Origin: Clostridiales bacterium
GTDB lineage: Bacteria; Bacillota; Dehalobacteriia; UBA7702
DNA: 64,000 nt
Direction of reading: 5' to 3'
NCBI GenBank assembly: GCA_040766525.1
Contig: JAXGQI010000001.1
Span: 45,346 to 109,345 of the forward strand
Positions 1 to 9,801 of the stretch are shown here, one piece after another. The notes beneath the pieces are model-generated. The model searched no databases, was not told the origin of the DNA, and saw only the letters and a list, made by a program, of their open reading frames with translations. The position numbers and the translations under genes are program-made. The stretch's first letter is position 1, and each line of letters begins with the position of its first letter.

Positions 1-197
1 AGTGCTCTCAACGGTGATCCAAGGATATTGTTCTTCAAAGAGAGGAATCAACTCTTCGCTAAAAGAATACTCAAGACTCGCAGCCGCCGCTAAAAGTATT
101 GTTACCGGCTCTTGATCCGCTGTGGTATCTTCCTTCCGTTCCTTCCTGTCCGCTGCAACCGCTTGGGAGCAACATGGCCATCAAAAGTGCAACGATA

Positions 198-1207
198 CTA
201 ACAAAACCTAACTGCTTCATTCCTCCTAAAAAATATTATATATTTGGCTATTTTGCCAAGGACTCGGATGGATTTTGGCCACATTCCGAAGCGCTGCCCT
301 TTAGAACTTCCAATCCATGTTCCAAAGGAGCAATGATAGCGGAAAAGGCTCTCCCGCACCGCTTTTGGGCTGCCGGGGAGATTGACGATCAAGGTTTGAT
401 TGCGGATCACCGATACCAGCACGGCTCAGCATCGCCCGATTGGTGTACTGCGAAGAATAGGCACGGATCGCCTCGGCAATGCCGGGAGCATTGCGGGTCG
501 CAACAGCGAGCGTCGCCTCCGGCGTACAATCCCGCGGGGAAAATCCGGTGCCACCTGTTGTCATGATCAAAATTCACTTGGCGTCCGTCAGCCAAGCGCA
601 TCAGCTCTATTTGAATGCGCTTTTGCACATCGGGCAAAAGCAGCATTTCTACGACTTCATAACCGTTTGCCTCTAAAATCTCTTTGACGGCGGGGCCGCT
701 TTCATCGACTCTTTCCCCTTCGGAGCCCTTATCGCTCAGGGTAACAATTGCTGCACGCAACGGAGCATTGGGATCACGGGGAATGGCGATCATCTCATCC
801 CCAACGGAAATACGCCCGCCTTGGATCACTTGGGCGAAAACCCCTTCCCTTGGCATAATGCAATCGCCCATCTTATGATAGATCTGACAATGGGAATGGC
901 ATTCCTTACCGATCTGGGTCATCTCCAGCAATACCTCGCCGCAGCGAAACATGGTTCCCACCGGCAAATTGCGAAAATCAAACCCTTCGACCACCAGGTT
1001 TTCCCCAAAGGCGCCGAAGTCCACCTCTGCGCCGCGTTTTCTAAATTCTTCAATTTTATCAAAGGAAAGCAAACTGACTTGACGATGCCACTTCCCCCGG
1101 TGCGCATCATTGGCGATGCCATTATCTACTTCAAATAAGGCCGTCCCGACATCTTGTTTCTGGACCCCTTTGGTTTCACTCACACAAACAGCTTTAACAA
1201 TACCCAC
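198..1207 (-). pseudogene. MOSC domain / MogA (MoaB) molybdopterin adenylyltransferase fusion, broken by two frameshifts in the MogA half (near 560 and 410)
   Basis: ORF 407..1207 has a MOSC domain and then a MogA start (AAIVTLSDKGSEG). MogA continues in ORF 301..570 (TTGGTGFSPRDCTPEATLAVA, AEAIR) and then ORF 198..422 (TLIVNLPGSPKAVRESL). Each MogA motif sits in a different frame. Confidence 0.7.
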
Positions 1208-1209
1208 GC

Positions 1210-2178
1210 TTATCCCCCTATCTGCGACATTGCCCGCGGTTCCTCCGCCACAATGCCGGTACGAAATTCATGCCTGAGCGGTTTTTTCAAAATCGCATCC
1301 CGCATCACCGCAACGACCGTATCATCAGCAGCACCGCTCCGCAAAAGATCACGCAGGCTCACGCCGTTATCGTGATAGAGACAGAGCTTAAAAAAGCCTT
1401 CACTGGTCAAGCGCACACGGTTACAGGTTGCACAAAAGTTATGGCTCATCGCATCGATAAAACCGATGCTCCCTATAAACGCATCACTCGTATAATAGCG
1501 GGCTGGGCCAAATCCTCTTTGTTGCCCGTCTTCTTCAAGATCCGGATATCCAGCCTTGATCATCTGATATACATCTTCGCCTTTGATGGGCGCAAAAAAC
1601 TGGCCGTACCCGATGGGCATCATTTCAATAAAGCGGACGTCCATGGGATAGGTTTTCGCCAATTCGGCAAGGGCCAGAAGCTGACCGCCGTTATGCCCTT
1701 CCAAAGGCACACAATTCAGTTTCACTTTAAATCCCAGCCGCAAAGATTCCAGTAATCCCTTCCAGGCTTGATCAAATTCGTCCCGTCCGGTGATCCCTTC
1801 ATAGATCTCCGGATCAAGGGCGTCCAAGCTGATATTAATCCCGTCAAGCCCGATTTCTTTTAAGCGCTCCAAATGCTGCTCTAACAATACGCCATTGGTC
1901 GTAAGGGTAACATGCTCAATCCCCGGTATCTTTTTTAAGGAGGCAATCAGATCAACACAACCCCGGCGCACCAAGGGCTCTCCGCCGGTCACTTTGAGAT
2001 GGCGAATGCCAAGCTTTGCCGCGGCTTCCGCAATCCGGACGATCTCTTCATAGCGCAAAATAGCTTCATGCGGGATGTAGGGCGGATCAGATGGCATGCA
2101 ATATTTACAGCGCAAATTGCATCTGTCGGTAACGGAAATGCGCATATATTCGATTTTCCGCTGATAAGAATCTATCAT
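1210..2178 (-). CDS. moaA: GTP 3',8-cyclase MoaA (radical SAM)
   Basis: CNLRCKYCMP radical SAM motif, GGEPL motif, MoaA C-terminal domain; 322 aa intact ORF. Confidence 0.9.
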   Translation of the reverse strand: MIDSYQRKIEYMRISVTDRCNLRCKYCMPSDPPYIPHEAILRYEEIVRIAEAAAKLGIRHLKVTGGEPLVRRGCVDLIASLKKIPGIEHVTLTTNGVLLEQHLERLKEIGLDGINISLDALDPEIYEGITGRDEFDQAWKGLLESLRLGFKVKLNCVPLEGHNGGQLLALAELAKTYPMDVRFIEMMPIGYGQFFAPIKGEDVYQMIKAGYPDLEEDGQQRGFGPARYYTSDAFIGSIGFIDAMSHNFCATCNRVRLTSEGFFKLCLYHDNGVSLRDLLRSGAADDTVVAVMRDAILKKPLRHEFRTGIVAEEPRAMSQIGG

Positions 2179-2191
2179 CGCTATCCCTTCC

Positions 2192-2680
2192 CTATCTTTC
2201 CCCAGGCGCTGCGTTCTCGATCAAGCCGCTTCTTCCCCCGGATTTTCTGCACAAATAGACAGACTCCATCACCATGGTTTTATCAATCGCTTTGCACATA
2301 TCATAAATCGTCAATAAAGCTACGGAAACGCCGGTTAATGCTTCCATCTCGACGCCGGTTTTTCCGATACACCGAACAGTACAGGTCGCTTCCACCGTAA
2401 GCGCTTCCTCAAATAATTCAAATGTGACCTCCGCCTTGGTAAGATTGAGCAAATGGCAAAGGGGAATCAATTCCGCCGTCTTTTTCGTCCCCATAATGCC
2501 TGCAAGCTGGGCTACTGCGAGCACATTGCCTTTTTTTACTCTTCCATCCCGAATCGCCTCAAAACATTCTTTGCTCACGCGAATGCGGCCCTTAGCGATA
2601 GCTTCACGCTCAGTATCCGCCTTGCTTCCCACATCCACCATGATCGCATTGCCGTCTTCATCAAAATGGGTTAATTCCAT
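2192..2680 (-). CDS. moaC: cyclic pyranopterin monophosphate synthase MoaC
   Basis: MoaC family similarity (LTHFDEDGNAIMVDV, IPLCH). The start is placed at MELTHF, which has a GGGGA RBS, not at the longer ORF start. Confidence 0.85.
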   Translation of the reverse strand: MELTHFDEDGNAIMVDVGSKADTEREAIAKGRIRVSKECFEAIRDGRVKKGNVLAVAQLAGIMGTKKTAELIPLCHLLNLTKAEVTFELFEEALTVEATCTVRCIGKTGVEMEALTGVSVALLTIYDMCKAIDKTMVMESVYLCRKSGGRSGLIENAAPGER

Positions 2681-2694
2681 CTTTATATCCCCAT

Positions 2695-3720
2695 TTACCA
2701 ACCCTTGTCGAATCCACATTGCGGGAAGGTACAGGTTGGGCAGGAAAGGCACAATCCCCCATGGCCCATGGCAGCAAGATCCTGCAAAGTAATGGGTTCA
2801 TTGGCCATTACCAAAGGCAAAACCAAATCGAAAACTGTGCGCTTCGCATACATCACACAACCGGGCAACCCTATGATCGGAACTCCCGTTTCCGTATAGG
2901 CCACCATCAGCATCGCCCCCGGGAGCACCGGCGCGCCATAGGAAATGACCTTCGCTCCCGTGTTCTTAATAGCGAGGGGCGTTTTATCATCCGGGTCGAC
3001 GCTCATACCACCGGTACATAAGATAAGCTCCGCCCCTTTATCCAATAATTCATTGATCGCAGCCGTGATCTTTTCATGATTATCATCCATAACGATATGA
3101 CCAATCAATTCCGTATCGTATTCCGCTATTTTTTCCTTGATCACCGGCGTGAAAGTATCTTTAATACGTCCATGATAAACTTCATTACCCGTCGTCACCA
3201 ATCCGACTTTCTTACTGACAAAAGGCTTCAAAGCGAGCAAAGATTCTTCCCCCGCAATGACTTTGGCCAACTGCAATTTTTCTTCCCGAATGGTGAGTGG
3301 AATCACCCGTGTGCCTGCCAGTTTGTCCCCTTTTTGAACAGGGAAATGACTGTGGCGGGTAGCAACCATAATTTCCCCCAGCGCATTGACGGCCTGCAAA
3401 CGATGGACGTCAACCAAAAAAAGGCCGTCGCATTCCGCGATCAGCTCAATCTTTCCTTCTTTCACCGGCGTAGGCCGCATATTCTCCCCGGCGCACATGC
3501 TGTACAAAATCTCCGCCGCTTCATTTTCGTGGAGCATGCCGGGTTCTTTTTCCCAAATATAAAGATGATCTTTCCCTAAGGAAAGTAAAACCGGGATGTC
3601 CTCTTCCGTTACGATATGGCCTTTACGGAAAGCTGCATCCTTCGTGACCCCTTTAACAATCTGCGTAATGTCATGACACAATACATGCCCTACCGCATCT
3701 TCCGTGCGTATCTGCTTCAT
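2695..3720 (-). CDS. MoeA-like molybdopterin-binding protein (MoCF_biosynth domain, Cys-rich C-terminus)
   Basis: CTGGMSVDPDDKTPLA MoCF-binding motif; MoeA N-domain-like region; terminal CLSCPTCTFPQC motif; 341 aa. Confidence 0.7.
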   Translation of the reverse strand: MKQIRTEDAVGHVLCHDITQIVKGVTKDAAFRKGHIVTEEDIPVLLSLGKDHLYIWEKEPGMLHENEAAEILYSMCAGENMRPTPVKEGKIELIAECDGLFLVDVHRLQAVNALGEIMVATRHSHFPVQKGDKLAGTRVIPLTIREEKLQLAKVIAGEESLLALKPFVSKKVGLVTTGNEVYHGRIKDTFTPVIKEKIAEYDTELIGHIVMDDNHEKITAAINELLDKGAELILCTGGMSVDPDDKTPLAIKNTGAKVISYGAPVLPGAMLMVAYTETGVPIIGLPGCVMYAKRTVFDLVLPLVMANEPITLQDLAAMGHGGLCLSCPTCTFPQCGFDKGW

Positions 3721-3810
3721 GAAGTCCCCTCCAATTACTGTGATCTACTGTATTTGCGCCAATCTCCGATAATCGAGATTTTTCCCATTTTTTCTTTTTA
3801 TTCTCGATTA

Positions 3811-3839
3811 AGTATAATTGATAGCTTCGGAAATGTCAA
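3811..3839 (-). promoter_or_regulatory. sigma-70 type promoter of the moeA-like/moaC/moaA/MOSC-mogA operon
   Basis: On the minus strand: TTGACA, 17 nt spacer, TATACT. A leader of about 90 nt follows before the ATG at 3720. Confidence 0.5.
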
Positions 3840-3885
3840 TAATTGTGGTCTCAAAAATATGAATTTGCACTCAATAAATTGGCAA

Positions 3886-3982
3886 AAAAACGGCAATTTC
3901 GCCATCTTTTCCAAAAGCGATCAATGCCAATTTCGGAAAGACAGATATAAAAAAAGCATTATCCATACGGATGATGCTTTAG
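3886..3982 (-). terminator. two tandem intrinsic terminators downstream of the AKR gene
   Basis: Minus-strand hairpins AAAGCATCATCCGTATGGATAATGCTTT plus a T7 run, and GGCGAAATTGCC plus a T7 run. Confidence 0.55.
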
Positions 3983-4031
3983 AATTATGTATCTTAATTA
4001 TTTCCCCTAAACCTTAACTATTTTATGGGTT

Positions 4032-5147
4032 TTAGCGTTCCAATGCCGCAGCGACAGTTTTCAAATGCTCTGTGATGGGAAGGTGCTGCGGACAATGCTC
4101 TTCACACTGGCGGCATTCGGTGCATTGAGAGGCTTTACCGAAGCGCTTTGCCAAATTCTCATAATAAGTGGCCGCAACCAACTTCTGCGTCTTTTCAAAG
4201 CGTTTTAAGTTATTGTAAATAGCGAAATACTCCGGGATCGCGATATTCTCCGGGCAACCATCCACACAATAGCGGCAGCCGGTGCAAGCAATCGCAATGC
4301 TCGAATTGATGATCTCGACAGCTTGTTTGATGATGTTCTCTTCTGTGGGATCGAGGGGCTTGAGATCCTGCATATTGCCCATATTATCCTCAAGTTGGGC
4401 TTGGTTGCTCATCCCGCTGAGGACAACCAGCACATTTTCCTTTGCGGCGGCGAAACGAAGCGCCCAAGAAGCAACGGATAAATCGGGATGATAGGCTTTG
4501 AAGAGCTTTTCGGCTTCAGCAGGGATATCGACGAGAGACCCCCCTTTCAGCGGCTCCATTACGATCACGGGCTTCCCATGTTTCGTTGCGATTTCATAGC
4601 ATTTTTCCGCTTCGATAATCGGATCGTCCCAGTCAATGTAGTTGATCTGCAACTGCACAAACTCCATCTGGGGATGCTTCGTCAAAATCTCGTCCAAAAG
4701 CTCTGCATTATCATGATAGGAAAGGCCGATGTTTTTGATCTTCCCTTCTCTTTTCTTTTGGACGACAAAATCGAAAGCCCCCAGTTCCTCCGATAAGAGA
4801 TAGGTCGGTTTCCCCAATCCGTGCAGCATGTAATAATCGAAAACTTCTACCCCCGTACGCTGGAGCTGTTCTTCAAAGATCTGGGGGATCTGTTCTTTCT
4901 CCCGAATCTGGAACATGGGGAGCTTGTCCGCAACGATATAAGCATCTCGCGGATAGCGTTTAACAACCCCTTCTCTGAAAGCAATTTCACTTGCCCCATA
5001 TGGTAGGGATAGGCGGTATCAAAATAGGTAAAGCCCTTTTCGATAAAATGCGTCCGCCATTTTATTGAATGCTTTTTGATCCACGCTGCCGAAATCCTTC
5101 GCATCCGTCAACGGCAAGCGCATCAAGCCAAAGCCTAACTTTTTCAT
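4032..5147 (-). pseudogene. aldo/keto reductase with a C-terminal Cys-rich ferredoxin-like domain; at least two frameshifts in the N-terminal third
   Basis: The AKR N-terminus MKKLGFGLMRLP is in ORF 5019..5234 and the FTYFDTAYPYH motif is in ORF 4847..5104. The rest is in 4032..4916 (DYYMLH, then two Cys clusters: CTGCRYCVDGCP and CTECRQCEEHCP). Confidence 0.7.
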
Positions 5148-5772
5148 AGTTCCTCCAATAGACATGATATCGGTATCCCCATCATACCCGATAATCTCCA
5201 TGGTGTAAAGCTGGCATAGCATATGTAAAATCAAGAACCGCTATTAGCAAATTATGACCTCGCCATCCCCCTGAACTACACACCAAATTCTTGAATATTT
5301 CACCACCTCAGGCCCCGGATTTGCGGCCTGGAAATAACAGCCTCTCAAATAGGTATAACAGAATCGGAACAAAATAACATCAGACTATTGATCTAGGCAA
5401 GATCCATCTAGATCATTATAATGGTAGCAGTTAAGTTTTCGGACATCGTTTGCACATAAAGCATTTGCTCGTCAAAAAACCACCTTACCATTGGCACGGT
5501 GGTCATTTGAATAAATGGCTCAAGTCTATATCCGACTCAATGTATACTGCCCCGACATAGTAATCGTCGCAAACATCAATTTCTTTTCCGTTGAGAAAAA
5601 ATATCCTAGTCACAGAGCCATCAACATCAACGAGCGCTTCCTTTTCTTCGATGGATGGAAACGCCTTTTAATTTTGGCAACCGCCATCAAAAAGGCGTCC
5701 AGGTTGTTGCCTGGATAAATATTATAATCAAATAATAACCTCATCACCTCATAGCCTAAAACCTTTATTATT

Positions 5773-6543
5773 TCTAATCATTGTTTTCACCAATATGCAG
5801 CAGCCGCATGATTTCCTTTTGCGCTTCCAAAACTCGGGCGGTAATGAAATCCTTGAAAGGACGGGGATCGCCTTTCTGTTGGTAATGCCGGATAGAATCA
5901 AGATATTCGGAACGGCACACCGGTGGATGATCGCCAGCTGATGGCCATCTTGAAGCAAAGCAAGATTCATAATAAGCCGGGCCGCCCGGCCATTACCATC
6001 AATAAATGGATGGATCGTCACCAGCTTTAGATGAAGCAGGGCGGCAAAGTCCACCGGGTGGGTTTGTCCTCGTTCGATCTTTGCCCATGCCTCCAACCGC
6101 TCCATTTCCTCTTCAATCTTCCCGGGAGCCGGAAAGACATACTCTGTTCCAGAAACAATCACATCCCGCTGTCTCCAAACACCGGCATTGGTTTCGTCAA
6201 TACCCTTATAAAAGAGCCAATGGAGTTTTTTCATCGTATCAATGGAAATACTCTTTTCACCAATCAGGGAAAACATATAGTCATAGGCTTCCCCATGGCC
6301 AACCGTTTCCATGAAATCCCGGAGCGGTTTCCCGCCGATAGTCAGCCCATCCTCCAAGACCACCTTGGTCTCGCTAATCGTTAAAGTATTCCCCTCAATG
6401 GCATTACTGGACCAAGTAAGACCAATTTTATAGTATTGCTTTATTTGACTCAATAATTCCCCTTCGAAGGGACGCTTTTGATCAATTAAAGCTTTTTTAT
6501 CACAATAGTTTGGTATATGTTCATGAGCGATTCTCCTCTCCAA
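5773..6543 (-). pseudogene. Fic family protein (putative AMPylator), with one frameshift near 5925
   Basis: HPFIDGNGRAARL Fic motif and an N-terminal SNAIEGN inhibitory-helix motif. After LAIIH the reading shifts; an alternative frame gives PPVCRSEYLDSIRHYQQKGDPRPFKDFITARVLEAQKEIMRLLHIGENND and then a stop. Confidence 0.75.
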
Positions 6544-6774
6544 TTAGCTCATACTGTTGGCTGCCAATCGTAACCGTACATTTATATACAGGGTTCTTTT
6601 TCTGTTCCTCTGTCATATCTTCTTCTTTATCACGGAGAGAAACGTTTATCTTAACTTCTTTGCCAGAAGATACAATTTGCAGGGTTTTTATAACGAAAAT
6701 AAAAAGCTATAGTTTTGCCGTTCTATGAGTTTGTCAAAATAAAAGCGACGTACTTGTTTAAGTATGGGATTACT

Positions 6775-7221
6775 TCATTCTCTTGTGAATATTGACTCTC
6801 TCTTTACCTCCAATTCAATTAGGTTCCCATTCCCCGTTTTATAATGAATAAAAAGTGCTTGAGGAGGCAAGTTAGTAGAGGTCTGAGACCAGATACCATT
6901 CTCAAGCGTAAAATCCAGGGGATCATCTCCCAAGCTACCCAAAATTATCCAATCAGAATCTGTAAAAAAAATAGCATCGATCTCAAGATATGGCCTATTA
7001 ACGTTTAATCGCGCATCTATTCTTAGTTTTTCATTTTGCTCCCTAAGTATCCAATTTTGATAAACAGTTACAGCTGCAAGGGTCATAGTCCCGATAAAAG
7101 TGAGTTCATTAGCAAACTCACACCCGGTGCATCGTAACAGTACTATCATTAGCAATATCGCTATTATTGATGCAACAAGTTTTATTTTATGTTCCATGAA
7201 GACCTCTTTCAAACTCAGCAC
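6775..7221 (-). CDS. hypothetical secreted/membrane-anchored protein
   Basis: ORF with an N-terminal hydrophobic segment (KLVASIIAILLMIVLL); no recognisable domain. The start may be the internal MEHKIK at 7197. Confidence 0.4.
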   Translation of the reverse strand: MLSLKEVFMEHKIKLVASIIAILLMIVLLRCTGCEFANELTFIGTMTLAAVTVYQNWILREQNEKLRIDARLNVNRPYLEIDAIFFTDSDWIILGSLGDDPLDFTLENGIWSQTSTNLPPQALFIHYKTGNGNLIELEVKRESIFTRE

Positions 7222-7575
7222 CCGGCATCAATAATACCAGGGAAAATAATGCAATGAGAAGGCGCTAATCATAACAATGGAGTGGACAGCTTTATTATGC
7301 GGTATCCGCTCGATAAAATCAAGAGAGGGAAGCAAGTTCCGCTCCTTTTCTTCACTCCAAAAATCAACCTCTCCGCCGATGAAGCAGCTGCCGAAGTATT
7401 GGAAAATATTCTCCATCCTGTTAAACAATAATCTGCATATATTTTAACCGTGCATTACCAGCAAAATATGAAAAAAATTAAAACTATTCCCAAACTACTC
7501 CCAAAAACCCTTAAATATACAACAAAACCAGAAAAACAAAACCCTGCCATAGTGTTCTATAGCAGGGATTTTTTA

Positions 7576-7650
7576 TGGAGCTACTGGCCGGATTCGAACC
7601 GGCGACCTGCGCATTACGGTGCGCTGCTCTGCCAGCTGAGCCACAGTAGC
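7576..7650 (-). tRNA. tRNA, probably Thr (CGU), with an unusual 6-nt anticodon loop (75 nt including CCA)
   Basis: The reverse complement folds as a cloverleaf: acceptor GCTACTG/CAGTAGC, D-arm GCTC-AGCTGGCA-GAGC, T-arm GCCGG-TTCGAAT-CCGGC, encoded CCA. The anticodon stem GCGCA/TGCGC encloses only CCGTAA; restoring one T gives CTCGTAA, anticodon CGT. Confidence 0.6.
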
Positions 7651-7712
7651 ATAGGGAAGGCGATTCTCCGACAAACGGAGAAAATACTGCCTTTTTGCAC
7701 GGCCTTTTACGG

Positions 7713-7892
7713 TTATTCCGTTTTGACGCGCCCCTTAATTTTATACTTTATCCTTCTTGCCGTCAAGCGTTTTTTCTTCTTTTCTCTTAATTTCTCTATA
7801 GCGGCTATTCTCCGGAAAATCCTCCGTACTTCATCGATTTCCGCTTTCGTTAGATACGCTTTCGGGATACTGAAGCTCTTCTTTCCCGACAT
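7713..7892 (-). CDS. small basic hypothetical protein
   Basis: 60-aa Lys/Arg-rich ORF (MSGKKSFSIPKAYLTKAEIDEVRRIF); no family assigned. Confidence 0.3.
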   Translation of the reverse strand: MSGKKSFSIPKAYLTKAEIDEVRRIFRRIAAIEKLREKKKKRLTARRIKYKIKGRVKTE

Positions 7893-8596
7893 GTCCAAAA
7901 GCAAAACATTCTCATCTTCAAAGGAAAGCGCACGAAGGTCATTTCTGATCGGGACAACGCCTTTTCCGGGTACGAGAATACGACCGTCCTTATAACTTCA
8001 CCTGGAAGCGGCTCTTCATCCGTTCAACATCCGCTGCCGTTTTTTGCGGCGCCGAGCGGGAAGAATGGTAATCATCGGAATAAAAGCACGCATAGGCCCA
8101 TCATCCAAAGATAGTTCACATTAAAGGAAACAATAAATGCATAGACGCAAAAAGCCGCTAAAAATACAATGATTGCGATATTGAAAAAACGAAAACGCTT
8201 CATCCGCTCATCCAAAAGCATGAGAGATGAGTAAGCCTGGTCATAATCCATCATATAATCCAGATCAATCACCAGTTCACCATGTTCATCCTTCCCCGTT
8301 CTTTTCCGAGGAGTTTCTAAAGAGACCGGCGGGTTCCTCCTCGACTTCCTCCTTCACGCTTGCCTTCACCGGGGTCGAAACCATCTCGGAATCGCCGGAT
8401 TGCACTTGCCAAGGTTTATCAGGGAGAGTTGCCGTTTCATTCATCCTATTCTCATCGTCCATGGTACACCTCCTCACTATGTTACCACTATTATAACATA
8501 AATCCATTTTTCGGCAAAACCATATTTTCGAAATAATTCGCCCAGTATAAGGTGATAATGACGAAATTGCACGATTTGGGGCACATAAAAAAACAT

Positions 8597-8625
8597 TTGA
8601 CATTTAGCAAAAAAGCTGCTAATAT
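8597..8625 (+). promoter_or_regulatory. sigma-70 promoter (TTGACA-17-TAATAT) driving the riboswitch leader and the dapB-like gene
   Basis: Perfect -35 hexamer at 8597..8602, a 17 nt spacer, then TAATAT at 8620..8625. Confidence 0.6.
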
Positions 8626-8644
8626 ATCAACATAACATCGTGCT

Positions 8645-8775
8645 GAATATCTATTTTTATAGATAACGGGAGAACCAATCTTTTGGGGTGTATCCGATTT
8701 TATCGGAGGGAATCTTCAATCCCTAACCCGTCAGCTAATCTCGTAAGCATTTGAAGGGGAGTTATTCTCTGATTT
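8645..8775 (+). ncRNA. c-di-AMP riboswitch (ydaO/kimA class) in the leader of the dapB-like gene
   Basis: The 5' element ACGGGAGAACC...TTGGGGTG and the 3' element CCCTAACCCGTCAGCTAATCTCGTAAGCA...GAAGGGGAG match the remembered ydaO consensus (ACGGGGAGCC ... AACCCGxCAGCUAACCUCGUAAGC). Internal hairpins CCGATTTTATCGG and GGGAATCTTCAATCCC are present. Confidence 0.65.
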
Positions 8776-8779
8776 TTGA

Positions 8780-8812
8780 TGCGCGCACATGTTATGTGGG
8801 CGCATTTTTGTC
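8780..8812 (+). terminator. intrinsic terminator (riboswitch expression platform) just upstream of the dapB-like RBS
   Basis: GCGCGCACAT-GTT-ATGTGGGCGC hairpin followed by TTTTTG. Confidence 0.6.
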
Positions 8813-8847
8813 GTTGATTTTAATTTTCGAAGAAAGGAGTCTTTTCT

Positions 8848-9711
8848 ATGAAAATTGCTTTATGCGGTTTGGGAAAGGCCGGTAAAGAAGTGGCGCTGGC
8901 ATTACAAAAAAGAATGGATTTAGAATTGGTCTGTGGTCTTTGTCGCGACAACAGCACTGCCAGCAAAAAAACGATGGGTGAAATTTTCAATCTGCCTGAT
9001 CTTGAGCTGCCCGTCTACGAAATAAAGGATGCAAAACTGGCATTTGCCCTCCATCGCCCCGATGTAGTCATTGATTTCTCATCGAAGGAAGCGACTTTGA
9101 GGTTATTGCCTCTTTTAGTGGATCAGCAGGTATCCATCGTGATATGCACTACCGGTTTTACGCCGGAAGAACTTATGAACCTGCAAAACTATGGTAAAAA
9201 TAAAGGGATCGCCGTGGCGTACACCCCCAATGTTACCATCGGTATCAATGTAATGATGAATCTTGCCGCCATTGTTGCGCAATGTCTGCCCCATTTTGAT
9301 TATCAAATTACTGAAATGCATCATAGCAAAAAGGCAGACCCGGTTTCCGGCACCGCCTATAAAATCGAAGAGGCCTTGCTGAAAAATCTCCCGGAAGACA
9401 AAGAATCGATTCCCATCAATGCCGTTCGCGCCGGGGGTTATATCGGTTACCATGAGGTTTTGTCTGTAGGGCAAAACGAACGAATTACGATCGTGCACGA
9501 ATCCTTTTCTCGACAAGCTTTTGCTGACGGAGCCATTTTAGCCGCCGAGTTCATCCAAGAAAGAGCCGGTTATTTTGAAATGGCTGAAATCGTGCAAAAT
9601 TATCTGAATGACAAACCCTATCATGAGGTGGAAACAGAAGATGCGTCGAAGGTCAAACACATCGAAGAGATCAAGCATCATACCGTCAAAAAAGATTCGG
9701 CAATCAGCTAA
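8848..9711 (+). CDS. dapB: 4-hydroxy-tetrahydrodipicolinate reductase-like protein (DapB family) with a C-terminal extension
   Basis: GLGKAGKEV NAD(P)-binding start and EMHHSKKADPVSGTA catalytic motif; 287 aa; RBS AGGAG. Confidence 0.7.
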   Translation: MKIALCGLGKAGKEVALALQKRMDLELVCGLCRDNSTASKKTMGEIFNLPDLELPVYEIKDAKLAFALHRPDVVIDFSSKEATLRLLPLLVDQQVSIVICTTGFTPEELMNLQNYGKNKGIAVAYTPNVTIGINVMMNLAAIVAQCLPHFDYQITEMHHSKKADPVSGTAYKIEEALLKNLPEDKESIPINAVRAGGYIGYHEVLSVGQNERITIVHESFSRQAFADGAILAAEFIQERAGYFEMAEIVQNYLNDKPYHEVETEDASKVKHIEEIKHHTVKKDSAIS

Positions 9712-9741
9712 AATTCCGAAATCAACTGCAGCCGCAGTACA

Positions 9742-9778
9742 AAAGATGCCTGTGTATTCACACAGGCATCTTTATTTT
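9742..9778 (+). terminator. intrinsic terminator after the dapB-like gene
   Basis: AAAAGATGCCTGTGTATTCACACAGGCATCTTT followed by a T run. Confidence 0.6.
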
Positions 9779-9801
9779 TCACTTATACGCTTTTTTCTCT
9801 T

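Noticed and set aside
99-566. Plus-strand ORF of 155 aa, and similar antisense ORFs (for example 7450..7995, 17887..18597, 26632..27192, 52308..53039, 62838..63578)
   Set aside because: They lie antisense to strongly conserved minus-strand genes or a tRNA. They have low-complexity, Arg/Pro-rich composition, no RBS and no recognisable domains, so they are shadow ORFs.
3721-3945. Moco riboswitch upstream of the moa operon
   Set aside because: The leader between the TTGACA-17-TATACT promoter and the ATG is only about 90 nt. It contains a single simple hairpin, too short for the ~130-nt Moco RNA motif.
8640-8812. Lysine (L-box) riboswitch or T-box as the dapB leader
   Set aside because: No T-box sequence (AGGGTGGNACCGCG) and no L-box core were found. 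The leader instead matches both conserved segments of the ydaO c-di-AMP riboswitch.
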